From: Phycisphaerae bacterium | GTDB lineage: Bacteria > Planctomycetota > Phycisphaerae > UBA1845 | DNA: 64,000 nucleotides | Assembly: GCA_963666835.2 (NCBI GenBank) | Contig: CAXXGO010000006.1 | Coordinates: 864,001-928,000 of the forward strand | Direction of reading: 5' to 3' | Part shown: positions 40,386-50,201 of the stretch, piece by piece | How the letters are laid out: the number at the start of each line of letters is the position of its first letter | Position numbering within the stretch: the stretch's first letter is position 1 | Translations under genes and position numbers: made by a program | The notes under the pieces: generated by a model | Databases searched by the model: none | Seen by the model: only the letters and a program-made list of their open reading frames with translations | What the model was told of the DNA's origin: nothing

Positions 40386-43300
40386 GAATCACCGCCCTGC
40401 ACATCAACAGCTTCGGCATCTTCCGCGGAATGTCGCTGCCGGACGTGCCGCCGGGGCTCGTACTCATCCAAGGCGACAACGAGGCCGGTAAGAGCACGCT
40501 GTTGTGGTTCATCCGCGGCATTCTCTTCGGTTATCCCGACGGACGGTCGCGAGATCCGGGTTATCGACTCGGCGACGGAGAGACTCACGGCGGACGCCTG
40601 GAGATTGTCACTGACCACGACATTCCGTACACGATAGCGCGCCGGGGCGTGCGCGGCGGTGGAGAGGTGACCATTACGGACTCCGCCGGCGGCAGCGGGA
40701 GCCTTCACGACCTACTTGGCGGAACCACGGCGCAGCTCTATCGCAATATCTACGCGTTCAGCCTGTCCGAACTGCACACCATCGACTCACTGCAGGCTGA
40801 CGGTGTCAAAGGCGCGATCTACGGAGCGGCCTCCGGCACTGCGCTGATGGCGCTGCCGCAAGCCCGGAAGATAATCAGCGATAAGCTCGACGATACGTTC
40901 AAATCGCGCGGACAGAAACAGCAGATCAACATCCGGCTTGCAGAACTTGATGCCATCAACGAGAGCCTGCGCGAGACCTCCAAGGACATCGATAGATACA
41001 ACGAGGCATGCACGCAGTTGACGAAGACGGAAGCGGAGCTCGGCGAACTGCTGAGTAGGATGCGTGATAGCCGGATTGAATCCGGGCGGATCGATACGCT
41101 TCTGAAAGTATGGCCTGAGTGGGTCAAACTCCAAGACTGTGAGGAGAACCTGAGAAACCTGCCTCTTGTTGTCGAGTCCTTCCCGGAGGACGGGCTGGGG
41201 CGATTGGAGACCGCGAACCAGGTCCTTCTGCAAAACCGGGAGCGTCTGCGAGAACTGGTGGAGGAGCACGCGATTTTGCGCCGCGATATTGCGGACCTGA
41301 ACGTCGATCCTGATGTTCTTGCAGCCGGTGAGACCATCAGCGTTCTGACCGAAAGCCGTGCGGGATACCTTGCCGCCCGCGCGGACCTTCCCTTGAAGCG
41401 ACAGGCCCACGCATCCGTCGATGCCGAGATTGCGGAACTGCGCCGACGCCTGGGGCCGGGCTGGACGGAGGAGGAGATCCGCACGAGTGACTGCTCTGTG
41501 TCAGCGCGGGAGGCTATTCGCAGGCATGACCAGGGTCTGACTGTTGCCGGAGAGGAGCTCGCCCGCGCGGAGCAAGACGCGGCCGCCCGAGAGGAGACCC
41601 ACAAGCAGACTGTCGCCGATGAACAGAGAGCTCGGAAGAAGGTAGAGCAGTTCGCCGATTCCGACGCGGTTGATGAACAGTTGGTGCGTAGACTGCAGAC
41701 CAAACGCGAGCTGTTCCGCGAGGCGGCGACGGACTTGCCTCAAGTCCAAGCCGATCTGAACACCGCCCGGGCTCGCGTCTTGCAGAACGTCAGGGAAATC
41801 GACGCCCGGTGGACGGTTGAGAACGTGGCCAACTTCGATGTCTCCGTTGCGGCGCAGCAGAAGATTCAAGACTTCGCCGACCGACTCGAGATAACGAAGC
41901 AGGATCGGGATAAGGCCGAATCGCTCCGTATAGCCGCGGTGGAGTTGTTGCGGGCCGGCCGTGAGCAACGCGACGCTGTCCAGGAAGAGTTGGAGCAACT
42001 GCCCGAAGGCTTCGATCGGGATGAACTAACCCGGCGCCTGGCCGCGATTTCCGCACTGGAGGGCGCACTACGCGAGCGCACCGAAAACGCCCGGGAGATC
42101 CGGTTCAGCGAGGCACGGCTCGGCGACAAGCGGCAAGAGCTGACCCGACTGAAGCTGCAGTCTCCCGCGTCGAACAAGGTGCCCCGGTGGGTACCGTTTC
42201 CGGCCCTCTTGATTGCCGCAGCGGCGCCGGTTGCTGGGTGGGCGCTTGGCCAACTGCCGGAGGCGGGGGGTGTTAGTGCCCTGTTTGCGGTGGTCGCCGT
42301 CTTGTGCTTTGCGTGGCGGCGCAGAACCGAAGCGAGATCCGCCGGAGCGCAGAAAGCTCATACCGCCGCGGTCGAAGAGCTGAGCCGCGAGATCCGCAAC
42401 CTCGAATCCGAGCTGGCGGTACTTGCCGAAGGCGAGGTCGCCCGCGAAGAGAAGATCGACAAGCACGCCCGCGCGGCGGCTCTGTCTGCCAAGGCCGATG
42501 CCGAGGAGATCAGCACCGCCCGGGAGAGCATCGAACACGACCTGGATGTACTTAAGAGCAGAGATCGGCTGGAGGCCGACCTGCGCAAACGCAACGAAGA
42601 AGTGCAACGCCTTACCGACAAGCTGGCCGAGACCGATCGGGTATTGCAGGCGCACGCCGACGAAATGGCGGGCGTGAAAGACGATTGGCGGAATCACCAG
42701 CAGCACTTGGGGCTCGCTCCGGAGAGTGCGGTCCAGACCGTGCAGCTCATCTTCACCAAGGTGGCGGCCGTGCGGGATCAGATCGCCGGGCTCGAAGAGC
42801 TCGAGAAGCGAATCGCGCGAATGTCCACCGGCCGTGACAGCTATCTGGATCTTGCTCGACAGGCTCCTCCGCTTGCTCCTTATTGCGAGGGACCGCCGGC
42901 GGATCTGCTCAGTGCGGTGGACCGCTTTCTGGAGGAGGTGCAGCGTCAACAGGACAACATGAAGGAACGGGCGCTGGCCCAGCGTAACCTGGCCGAGGTC
43001 GGCCGGCGCGTGATGGCCGCAAGTGACGCGCTGAAACAGGCCCGGGAAGCCCTGGACACCGCCGCTCGGCGGCAGACCACCGCACAGACCGCGTGGCAGG
43101 AGTGGTTGACCCAGCGCGGATTCGATGGGGACATGTCACCGCCGACGGCGCTGGACACCCTGAAACTCATCGAGGACGGGGTCAGGATGCTTCGGGAACG
43201 TGACCAGCTTGATGACGTGATCGCACGGCTGGATGCGGAAACTGCCGGCTACGAGCAGACTGCGGCCGCGGTTTTTGAGAAGCTGAACCGCTCGGTGCCC

Positions 43301-44329
43301 GGGTCTGACGATCTCGCGGCACGGGTTGAGGAGCTTGGCCGGGAGTTGGCGCGCAACAGAGACGACGCCACGCGCCAAGACACCATGCAGCGGCAGGCGG
43401 AGCACCTGGCCGCGCAGATCGAATCAGCCCGCCGACAGGCGGAGGAGTCGGCCCAGACGATCGCGACGCTGTTCAAAGAGGCCGACGTTGTTGATGAAGA
43501 TACATTTCGCAAGTACGGCCGGTTGTACGCCGAGCGGGTCGGCCTGGGCGACGCGATCGAGCAGGCGAAGTCCACCATTCGCGGAATCTCCGGCGAGATG
43601 GACCTGGAGCTTCTGAAGACGAAGCTGGCGGAGACCTCCCGGGAGCAACTTGACGTGCGGCAGGGCGAGGTCCTTGGGGAGGTTGAGGAACTCGAGAAGC
43701 GGTCGCACGACCTGCGCGATACGAAGGCGGAACTGACGAACAGAATCGAGGCCATGAGGACCGCCGACACGGTTTCGCGGCTACGGGCGGACCGGGAGCG
43801 AGTTCTCGCGGAGATTCGCCCGCTGGCACTGCAGTGGACCCGCTACGCTCTTGCCGAAATGTTATTGGACCGGGCGGGCAAGCGATTCGAGAAAGAGCAA
43901 CAACCCCGAGTAGTACGTGACGCGGCCGAGTTCTTCGGCAGAATGACCGGTGGGAAGTACGAGAGGGTCGTTGCCCCAGTAGGTGCTGATACGTTCGAAG
44001 TTGTGACCGCCGCGGACGCCGAGCGCCGGACCCCCGACCAGCTCAGCCGTGGAACGACGGAACAGCTCTATCTGGCGCTGCGTTTTGGATATATCCGCCT
44101 GCGTGCCGCCGATCACGAGCGGCTTCCCATCGTAATGGACGATATTCTGGTGAACTTCGACCCGCAGCGCGCCACCAGGGCCGCCGCGGCGATTCTCGAA
44201 CTGGCGCGGGAGCACCAGGTTCTGTTTTTCACCTGCCACCCCGAGACGGTCGCCCGGTTCCGGCGCGAAGACCCCACCCTTCCGCTCTACCGGCTCCGCG
44301 AATCCTCGCTGACCGTCGAAACTCCGTGA
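40382..44329 (+). CDS. YhaN-type SMC-like ATPase (AAA_27) with central TM hairpin
   Basis: GDNEAGKST, long coiled coils, LSRGT.EQLYLALR, MDDILVNFD, FTCH. Confidence 0.9.
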   Translation: MRITALHINSFGIFRGMSLPDVPPGLVLIQGDNEAGKSTLLWFIRGILFGYPDGRSRDPGYRLGDGETHGGRLEIVTDHDIPYTIARRGVRGGGEVTITDSAGGSGSLHDLLGGTTAQLYRNIYAFSLSELHTIDSLQADGVKGAIYGAASGTALMALPQARKIISDKLDDTFKSRGQKQQINIRLAELDAINESLRETSKDIDRYNEACTQLTKTEAELGELLSRMRDSRIESGRIDTLLKVWPEWVKLQDCEENLRNLPLVVESFPEDGLGRLETANQVLLQNRERLRELVEEHAILRRDIADLNVDPDVLAAGETISVLTESRAGYLAARADLPLKRQAHASVDAEIAELRRRLGPGWTEEEIRTSDCSVSAREAIRRHDQGLTVAGEELARAEQDAAAREETHKQTVADEQRARKKVEQFADSDAVDEQLVRRLQTKRELFREAATDLPQVQADLNTARARVLQNVREIDARWTVENVANFDVSVAAQQKIQDFADRLEITKQDRDKAESLRIAAVELLRAGREQRDAVQEELEQLPEGFDRDELTRRLAAISALEGALRERTENAREIRFSEARLGDKRQELTRLKLQSPASNKVPRWVPFPALLIAAAAPVAGWALGQLPEAGGVSALFAVVAVLCFAWRRRTEARSAGAQKAHTAAVEELSREIRNLESELAVLAEGEVAREEKIDKHARAAALSAKADAEEISTARESIEHDLDVLKSRDRLEADLRKRNEEVQRLTDKLAETDRVLQAHADEMAGVKDDWRNHQQHLGLAPESAVQTVQLIFTKVAAVRDQIAGLEELEKRIARMSTGRDSYLDLARQAPPLAPYCEGPPADLLSAVDRFLEEVQRQQDNMKERALAQRNLAEVGRRVMAASDALKQAREALDTAARRQTTAQTAWQEWLTQRGFDGDMSPPTALDTLKLIEDGVRMLRERDQLDDVIARLDAETAGYEQTAAAVFEKLNRSVPGSDDLAARVEELGRELARNRDDATRQDTMQRQAEHLAAQIESARRQAEESAQTIATLFKEADVVDEDTFRKYGRLYAERVGLGDAIEQAKSTIRGISGEMDLELLKTKLAETSREQLDVRQGEVLGEVEELEKRSHDLRDTKAELTNRIEAMRTADTVSRLRADRERVLAEIRPLALQWTRYALAEMLLDRAGKRFEKEQQPRVVRDAAEFFGRMTGGKYERVVAPVGADTFEVVTAADAERRTPDQLSRGTTEQLYLALRFGYIRLRAADHERLPIVMDDILVNFDPQRATRAAAAILELAREHQVLFFTCHPETVARFRREDPTLPLYRLRESSLTVETP

Positions 44330-44432
44330 CAGTCAGTCAACATGCGACATGTGCGGTGGGGGAATCTCCACGTGCAACGCCCGGGACCGACCACCCTTCC
44401 ATGCCACCGGCAAACCAATGTAGCGCTAGGGC

Positions 44433-44461
44433 TTGACTCGGGCTGCCCGATCCGATAGGAT
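44433..44461 (+). promoter_or_regulatory. sigma70 promoter
   Basis: TTGACT-N17-TAGGAT. Confidence 0.65.
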
Positions 44462-44462
44462 G

Positions 44463-44485
44463 GGGGTGTTACGATGTAATATTCC
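44463..44485. promoter_or_regulatory. Zur-box-like operator overlapping the transcription start
   Basis: GGGGTGTTACGATGTAATATTCC aligns ungapped to the proteobacterial Zur consensus GAAATGTTATA-N-TATAACATTTC. Confidence 0.5.
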
Positions 44486-44488
44486 ACG

Positions 44489-44815
44489 ATGCGGGTGGAA
44501 CCTAGGGTGATTCGATCGGTTCTGACAATCTCGTTTGGGGCGATGTTGACTGTGGTGGCCAGCGGATGGCCGGCGGCGTCTCATCTGCAGGCTTGCCACG
44601 AGCATCACAGAGAAGGGTCTCATCACGACTCGGACCGTTGCATTGTTTGCCAGACGTTGGTGGCGGCGTCCCAAGGCCTGCAGGTCGCTCCGGCCGCGGA
44701 TATGCTCGAGGTCGCTTATTCCGTTGATGATCATCAACCACCGTCCACTCGGATTCGAGGGCCGGTCGAGTTCCGATCGGCGACTCCCCGCGCCCCCCCT
44801 GAATTCGTTTCCTAG
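44489..44815 (+). CDS. DUF2946-like protein (His-rich, CxxC, C-terminal RAPP)
   Basis: Hydrophobic N-terminus, HEHH...HH, CIVC, PRAPP. Confidence 0.75.
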   Translation: MRVEPRVIRSVLTISFGAMLTVVASGWPAASHLQACHEHHREGSHHDSDRCIVCQTLVAASQGLQVAPAADMLEVAYSVDDHQPPSTRIRGPVEFRSATPRAPPEFVS

Positions 44816-44981
44816 AACATTGTTGAGTTTGCGGTTCGACGTTGTGGGTGTTCGCGGCGCAGTTATGCGCTGACCATAGCGCGCCGGGTAAATCAAACCG
44901 TGCATAGTTCGCGGTAACCGTTCGGTGCGCGAGTAACTTGGAGTACGCGCCGGGTTCAACGCCCGGTGAATGGAGGGTGCA

Positions 44982-45893
44982 ATGATCAAACGACCGATCT
45001 TGGTGATTCTTACGGTGTTGTTGTTTGTCGGGTCTGCGCTGCAGGGACGGGCTCGGGGCGAAACGTGGGGAACTGCGACGTCGCTTTCATCCCAGGACAG
45101 TAGTGCCTGCCCGTTGGCACATACCCATATCGGCAAGAACCCGACATGGAGGCCGGATTGGAGTGACCCCGGCAACTCGGCCGGCGCCACCGATCCGGAC
45201 CCGACCGATGACAACAAACTGTGGTTGTTCTCGATTCCGCCGGTGCATGCGGTTGCGCCTACCCCGGGCTGGCCGAACTGGGGAGAAGAGAACAGTACCC
45301 CGTTCTTGCTACTATCGCCCGCGACTAATCCGAACGGCGATCCGATCTACAAGCCGGGAGACTCGTCGCAGATACTGTACGAAAGTTCTTTCATGTACAG
45401 CGCCGTCGACGGATACGACGATCCGAACGGGGTACTTCATATTGACGGATGGCACTCGGCCCACGGCCCGCAGGGGGCTTGGAACCTCGAGAGCGTCGAC
45501 CAGGCAACCGAGCCGTCGTGGGACATCCGTCTGGTGCGCGAGAGTGTAAGCCTTGCGCAAGATGACTTCTTCATGGCCTTGCCGAATGGCACGACCGTTC
45601 TGACCGCCGACGGTGACGAGTACGCTCTGCAAAAGAGGTGGCTCGATGACTTCTCTGCATGGGGCATGCACGAGCACATGAGCTTCAACTTCTGGCTCGC
45701 CGCTGATGGAAGCGACCTGGGGAGTGAGGTTGTCGCGACGTTCAGCGCCTACGACGCTGGTGGCATGTACACCCCATCGGATGCGTTTGACTTCCGCTTC
45801 AGGGTCGTACCCGAACCTGTGACTCTGAGCATGTTGATGCTCGGCGGGGTCGGGCTGGTCATCCACCGTCGCACCAGGATGAGTCACGTATGA
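44982..45893 (+). CDS. PEP-CTERM surface protein, His-rich, putative metal binding
   Basis: Signal peptide; [23 protein letters not shown] + TM + RRTR. Confidence 0.85.
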   Translation: MIKRPILVILTVLLFVGSALQGRARGETWGTATSLSSQDSSACPLAHTHIGKNPTWRPDWSDPGNSAGATDPDPTDDNKLWLFSIPPVHAVAPTPGWPNWGEENSTPFLLLSPATNPNGDPIYKPGDSSQILYESSFMYSAVDGYDDPNGVLHIDGWHSAHGPQGAWNLESVDQATEPSWDIRLVRESVSLAQDDFFMALPNGTTVLTADGDEYALQKRWLDDFSAWGMHEHMSFNFWLAADGSDLGSEVVATFSAYDAGGMYTPSDAFDFRFRVVPEPVTLSMLMLGGVGLVIHRRTRMSHV

Positions 45894-45993
45894 CAAAGGT
45901 CTGACGGTCGGCGCGGAGGGTGCGGTCTGCCGGACCCTCCCGCGCCGACCTCGGACGATACTCGCTAAGCGGAAACACGAAAGGAGGCCCGCC

Positions 45994-46728
45994 GTGAGAA
46001 GGACAAAGGCGTTTACGCTGATCGAACTTCTTGTCGTTGTTGCCATCATCGCCCTGCTGATCGCCATGCTGTTGCCGTCGCTGCAGAGAGCTCGGGCGCA
46101 AACCAAGACCATGAGGTGCATGAACAACTGCAAGGAGATCGGACTGGCCGTCGAGCTGTACGGTCAGAACAACTTCGGTCGCTTTCCCCTCAGCGGCGGG
46201 CATGGCGGTGTCGCAGACCCGCAGACCTGGTGGTTCAACGTGTTGGCCCGCGCGGATGTCAATACCTCGCTGCTCTACCGATGTCCAACGGACCCGGCGG
46301 AGAATTTCGTTGACTGGGAGAAGGTGGACTGGGAGGGGGTGGACGACGAGTTCCTCACGAAGCTCCAGGAGAAGCGCTGGGGCAGCTATGCCCTCAACTA
46401 CTTGATGGCCAAGGAGCCCAACCCGTATTGCCACCGCCTTTCGCGAATCAAAAAGCCCACCCACACGATCTTCATCGCTGAGGCGGCGGACACGCTGGCG
46501 GGAGTAGACCACGTGCATCCGGAGCGGTTCCTGCTCATGCCCCCGGAACGCCAGGTGGCCATCGAACGCCACCTCGGCAAGGCCTGCTACCTGTTTGTGG
46601 ACGGGCATGTGGATACCCTGACCCTGGCGGATACCTGGGAGCCGGGAAAGCGGAACCTCTGGGATCCCAAAAACGCGCCCACCTGGAGTGATGATCTGAC
46701 GGCGCCGACACCGCCGCCGAAACCCTGA
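45994..46728 (+). CDS. Prepilin-type N-terminal cleavage / H-X9-DG (DUF1559-like) protein
   Basis: [36 protein letters not shown]. Confidence 0.9.
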   Translation: MRRTKAFTLIELLVVVAIIALLIAMLLPSLQRARAQTKTMRCMNNCKEIGLAVELYGQNNFGRFPLSGGHGGVADPQTWWFNVLARADVNTSLLYRCPTDPAENFVDWEKVDWEGVDDEFLTKLQEKRWGSYALNYLMAKEPNPYCHRLSRIKKPTHTIFIAEAADTLAGVDHVHPERFLLMPPERQVAIERHLGKACYLFVDGHVDTLTLADTWEPGKRNLWDPKNAPTWSDDLTAPTPPPKP

Positions 46729-46864
46729 CGTCGTCCGGCAGTCTACTACTAAGTCACACCTGGGTTCTCGGGTGGGCCACCGCTCTTGGGCGGTGCAGGG
46801 ACGGGGCACGGTGCGGAACGTCGAGCGAGACAACATTGCTATTACAACACCTGGAGATGAAACC

Positions 46865-47626
46865 ATGATGCTGCCACACAAGATAGCCGCGGCCACGTCC
46901 CTTATTGTGCTCGTGGCGTTCCAGCCGGTCCGTGCGGACCACGGCTGACCACTTGACCATTTTGCAATTGGTCAATTGCAGGGAAAGCTCTTTGCGGATG
47001 TTGAGGAACTGTACCTCACGCACACGGGGAAGCCGTATCGAAGCCATTACCCACTGAATTACTCGTGGTATCTCAACGCCTACGTAAACGGCGAACCGGG
47101 TTCCGAGCAGATTGAGAATGACCCCGAGCACGAACTAGTAGGAACGCCGGAGACAACGTACGACGTCTGGCTCGATATCGTGGCCCTGTCTCCCAGCCTC
47201 TACGTGTACGTGACAAACGCAGATACCTGGTATTTTGAGGGGGACCGGATTCACCTGAGCAACGTCCCTTATCACCACGTACACGTGGACTACTGGGTGT
47301 TGGCCGCGGACTACGACGAGAATGACCTTATCTACGCCGTCTATAGGTTAGTCGACGAGCAAGACCGGTACGAGCCTTCCGCCGACTTTGCGGTAGTGTT
47401 CAACCGGTCCGTGCCGGGGGACTTTGCATCCGACGGGCATATCGACCTGCAGGACTACGTTCAGATGGCGGCCGCTATGACCGGGCCGGGGACCTCGCAG
47501 CCGGACGCGGAACTTGCAGATGTTGACTACGACGGTGACGACGATGTTGATCTGCGGGATGCTGCTCAGTTCCTGCGCTGTTTCAGTGGCCCGGATGAAC
47601 ATCCTGATCCAAGATGCGCGGAATGA
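46865..47626 (+). CDS. Predicted selenoprotein (253 aa, Sec28): secreted His-rich protein with C-terminal dockerin-like domain
   Basis: GGAG RBS; ATG 46865 gives signal peptide ...PVRA then DHG-U-PLDHFAIG, in frame with listed ORF 46976-47626 through TGA 46946-46948; HHVH; DFASDGHIDLQD / DYDGDDDVDLRD. Confidence 0.8.
46949..46980 (+). promoter_or_regulatory. Bacterial SECIS-like hairpin
   Basis: TGCAATT-GGTC-AATTGCA perfect stem (46963-46980); GGTC apex follows the TGA after a 21-nt spacer. Confidence 0.7.
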
Positions 47627-47709
47627 CCGGCGCTGTCGGATTAGGTCTATCGTTCGGGAAGAAGGTGTATCCGGATGGTCCATGGAATTAACGTAGCGCC
47701 GCGGCTTGC

Positions 47710-48220
47710 CCCTCGTTGTTCTACACATCATTCGACGCATTCACCAACTGCAACCGTTCGATCTTCGATCTCGATTCTCCAGCCCGAAGGGCTCAGATGA
47801 AGTAGCCGGGGGCAAGTCCGCCAACGGCGGACGCCGCCCCCGGACCCGATCCCCACAACCTCCCTGACCCCGGTAGGGGTCAAATGCCTTGGGCGAATGC
47901 GTTTCGCGAGGCCGCCATGTCTGTCGACGCATTCTCAATAAGGTCGGATAGCGTCAACAGACGCGCGGTTCATCGACGCCGCCTCTTTCACCCTTCAGGG
48001 TGATTGGGATTGTTGGGCTCCCACCGGGGGCGGCGGCCGCTACGCGGCCTTGCCCCCGGCTACTATCTTGCAGGCTTTCAGCCTGAACACCGAGCCGGCT
48101 CGACGCCTTTCGCTGAAAAGTAAGCCGCGCCTTGCGGCCTTTCAGGCTGGGGATTGGGTCGCCGCGGAGTCGGACGGATACGCTTCGCTCGCCCGACAGA
48201 GATGTGTAGAACAACGAGGG
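47710..48220. mobile_element. MITE-like element with 20-bp perfect terminal inverted repeats enclosing a REP pair
   Basis: CCCTCGTTGTTCTACACATC / GATGTGTAGAACAACGAGGG; inner 15-bp IR GTAGCCGGGGGCAAG (47802) / CTTGCCCCCGGCTAC (48049). Confidence 0.7.
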
Positions 48221-48326
48221 TCCTGTCCCTGGCGCGGAAGCTCGCTGTGTTACGATGACGCCACCCACGAGGGATGGCGTTACAGTGCGTTACGCGCATG
48301 TATGCGAACATCGTGAACAAGCCAAG
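48221..48326. repeat. Diverged partial copy of the 51840-51998 element
   Basis: TGTCCCTGGCGCGGAAGCTCGCTGTG... colinear with TGTCCCTGGCGTGGAAGCGCGCTGTG... at ~51896. Confidence 0.7.
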
Positions 48327-48613
48327 CGAGTGACCATACTATGGCACTGTACCAGTCCACGGCACGGCGATCGGTGCGGTACGGACCGGACTACGCGGCA
48401 CGGCGACAATCTCCTTTGGTGGATACCCATAACCTCTCCCGTGCGGCAAAGTACTTGAAAAAGGGCGATAATCACGGCTGCCGAATGGCCTCCGGGGCTT
48501 TATGTGCTTCGAGATTGTCCTTTGCCCTGCCTTGCGGGTGCCCGATGAATAGGCGTGCGGGTAAGCCGCGAGTATTCGACACCTTACTCGTCGAACCGAA
48601 GGGAGGCATTGCC

Positions 48614-48874
48614 GTGGAAGAGTCCATCCACACGATAATCGAAGGGATGAACGCCGACGCCCAGATCCGCCTGTTTGTAATCCTCGACGAAACCCTTCGG
48701 GCGTGGGAAGAACGTAACCCTGCCGAGAGACCAATTTCACCCGCCGGCGAAGGCGAGGGCCATCCACCGAAACAACTGGTAGATCTGGTTCACGCCCTGC
48801 GCGATTCCGCCGATCTCGATCATCACGCCATCCCCCCCGAGCTGATGCTGATCGACCGGCCTTATCGGTATTGA
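48614..48874 (+). CDS. Small hypothetical protein
   Basis: GGAGG RBS before GTG 48614; protein-like composition. Confidence 0.5.
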   Translation: MEESIHTIIEGMNADAQIRLFVILDETLRAWEERNPAERPISPAGEGEGHPPKQLVDLVHALRDSADLDHHAIPPELMLIDRPYRY

Positions 48875-49215
48875 ACCGGGCGACCCGCAACGTGGTGCTA
48901 CGTCGCCCCCGGGGCCTTCGGGTGTGCCACTGCTCTCGAGCAGTGGACCAGCGGGATACGGTGTGGATTCAACCCGGGCCTTTACGTGTGGCAAAGCGCT
49001 TAACCTGCAAGAATGGACGGCTGGGCGATGAATGTCCGCCAGACATCATCGCCCAGCCGTGCTTTCCGCAGCCCACCGGCAGTCGGGCTGGTTACATGCC
49101 TTCCCCCTTCATCCGGCACTAGGGTCCGGTCCGCGGGGCGGGTCACGCTGTCCGGTCCCTAGACTCCGGGAAGAAGAGGAGAAAGAGGCGCGCTCGGTCT
49201 TATTCGCAAGAAGAT

Positions 49216-50034
49216 CTACGACTCCTCGCCGGATTCCGCCTTCCTTTCCTTGAGCAGTTCCTTGATCTCATCAGGCAAGTCGAAGCGGTCCTCGGGCATA
49301 TCCACATTGTACTCGATGCTCTCGGTCGTCATCCGCCGTTTCGGTCCGGCACCCGTCACCTCCTCGACGAACGGAGTTTTGATTCCGTCCACCTCCCGGT
49401 AATCACTTGAGAAGACCACCAGAGGAATGTCACCCATCGAAGTGGTAATCGTCAGCTCGGTTTTTACCAGCAGTTTGGATTCCTTCTCGTAGTACCGGGT
49501 CTCCGGCTTGCCCTCGTTGGGGGTCATTACGACCTTATAACACGGCTTGTCGTTGACGGTTTCAACGCCTACGCACTCCGCCTTCTTGAAGACCTTACGC
49601 CAGCCGGGCGTGCTGTCGAAGACCGCTCGGCGCAACGTGCCGGCTCTTTCCTCGCCCTCCTTGATTTGCGGGCCTTCCATCATGGACTTGCTCCACGCCA
49701 CTTCGCCGATGGTGCCCTCTTCGATTCTTCCGAGGGCATCTGCCTCGACCACGGCGTAACTCTTGTTGGGCTCGGCCGAGTAGCCGATCACCGAGGCCTT
49801 GATCCCCATCCCCACGAATTCGAGAGTCATCTTACTGACACTGTTGTGGATCTTGGCGTACGCGGCTTTGCCTCCTGTGGCTTTGACAAAATCGTCGACA
49901 ACGTCCTCACCCTTGGGCAACGCCTCATCGCCCGCCAGCAACGCGGCGGGAGCGATCAGCAGCCCCAGCAGCAGTGCCGTAGTGAACCACCCGAACCGGC
50001 TCGCGACCGTCTTTCCCTTGTCTGAATTAATCAT
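49216..50034 (-). CDS. Secreted hypothetical protein (LolA-like/outer-membrane sorting fold)
   Basis: Signal peptide; FVKATGG..A, SDYREVDGIK.PF, IEYNVD...F.LP. Confidence 0.65.
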   Translation of the reverse strand: MINSDKGKTVASRFGWFTTALLLGLLIAPAALLAGDEALPKGEDVVDDFVKATGGKAAYAKIHNSVSKMTLEFVGMGIKASVIGYSAEPNKSYAVVEADALGRIEEGTIGEVAWSKSMMEGPQIKEGEERAGTLRRAVFDSTPGWRKVFKKAECVGVETVNDKPCYKVVMTPNEGKPETRYYEKESKLLVKTELTITTSMGDIPLVVFSSDYREVDGIKTPFVEEVTGAGPKRRMTTESIEYNVDMPEDRFDLPDEIKELLKERKAESGEES

Positions 50035-50098
50035 CCTCAAGCTCGCCTCCATCTAGCATTATCCTGCCGAGTGCCCCTTCGAACAGAGCCCGGCCGTC

Positions 50099-50201
50099 TA
50101 ACAGTCCGTTGAAGAAGGTACAGGCACCTCGCCGAAGGCGTCTCGTAATACCGTAAGTGGGAATCGGCTCGGAGCCGGCCCCCTTTTTCAACGGCCTGTT
50201 A
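50099..50201. mobile_element. ~100-bp MITE with IS5/IS1182-like terminal inverted repeats
   Basis: TAACAGTCCGTTGAAGAAGG ... CCTTTTTCAACGGCCTGTTA. Confidence 0.7.

Noticed and set aside
22751..46948. Genome-wide TGA reassignment (Trp or Gly) as the explanation of the two in-frame TGAs
   Set aside because: TGA is a true stop in many genes here (e.g. ending at 25069, 26058, 27555, 44329), TGG is common, and both read-through sites sit at Cys-equivalent positions with SECIS-like hairpins.
48872..48915. Third Sec read-through at the TGA ending the small hypothetical gene
   Set aside because: A hairpin follows, but it has no GGUC-type apex, there is no Cys-motif context and the extension is unrecognisable.
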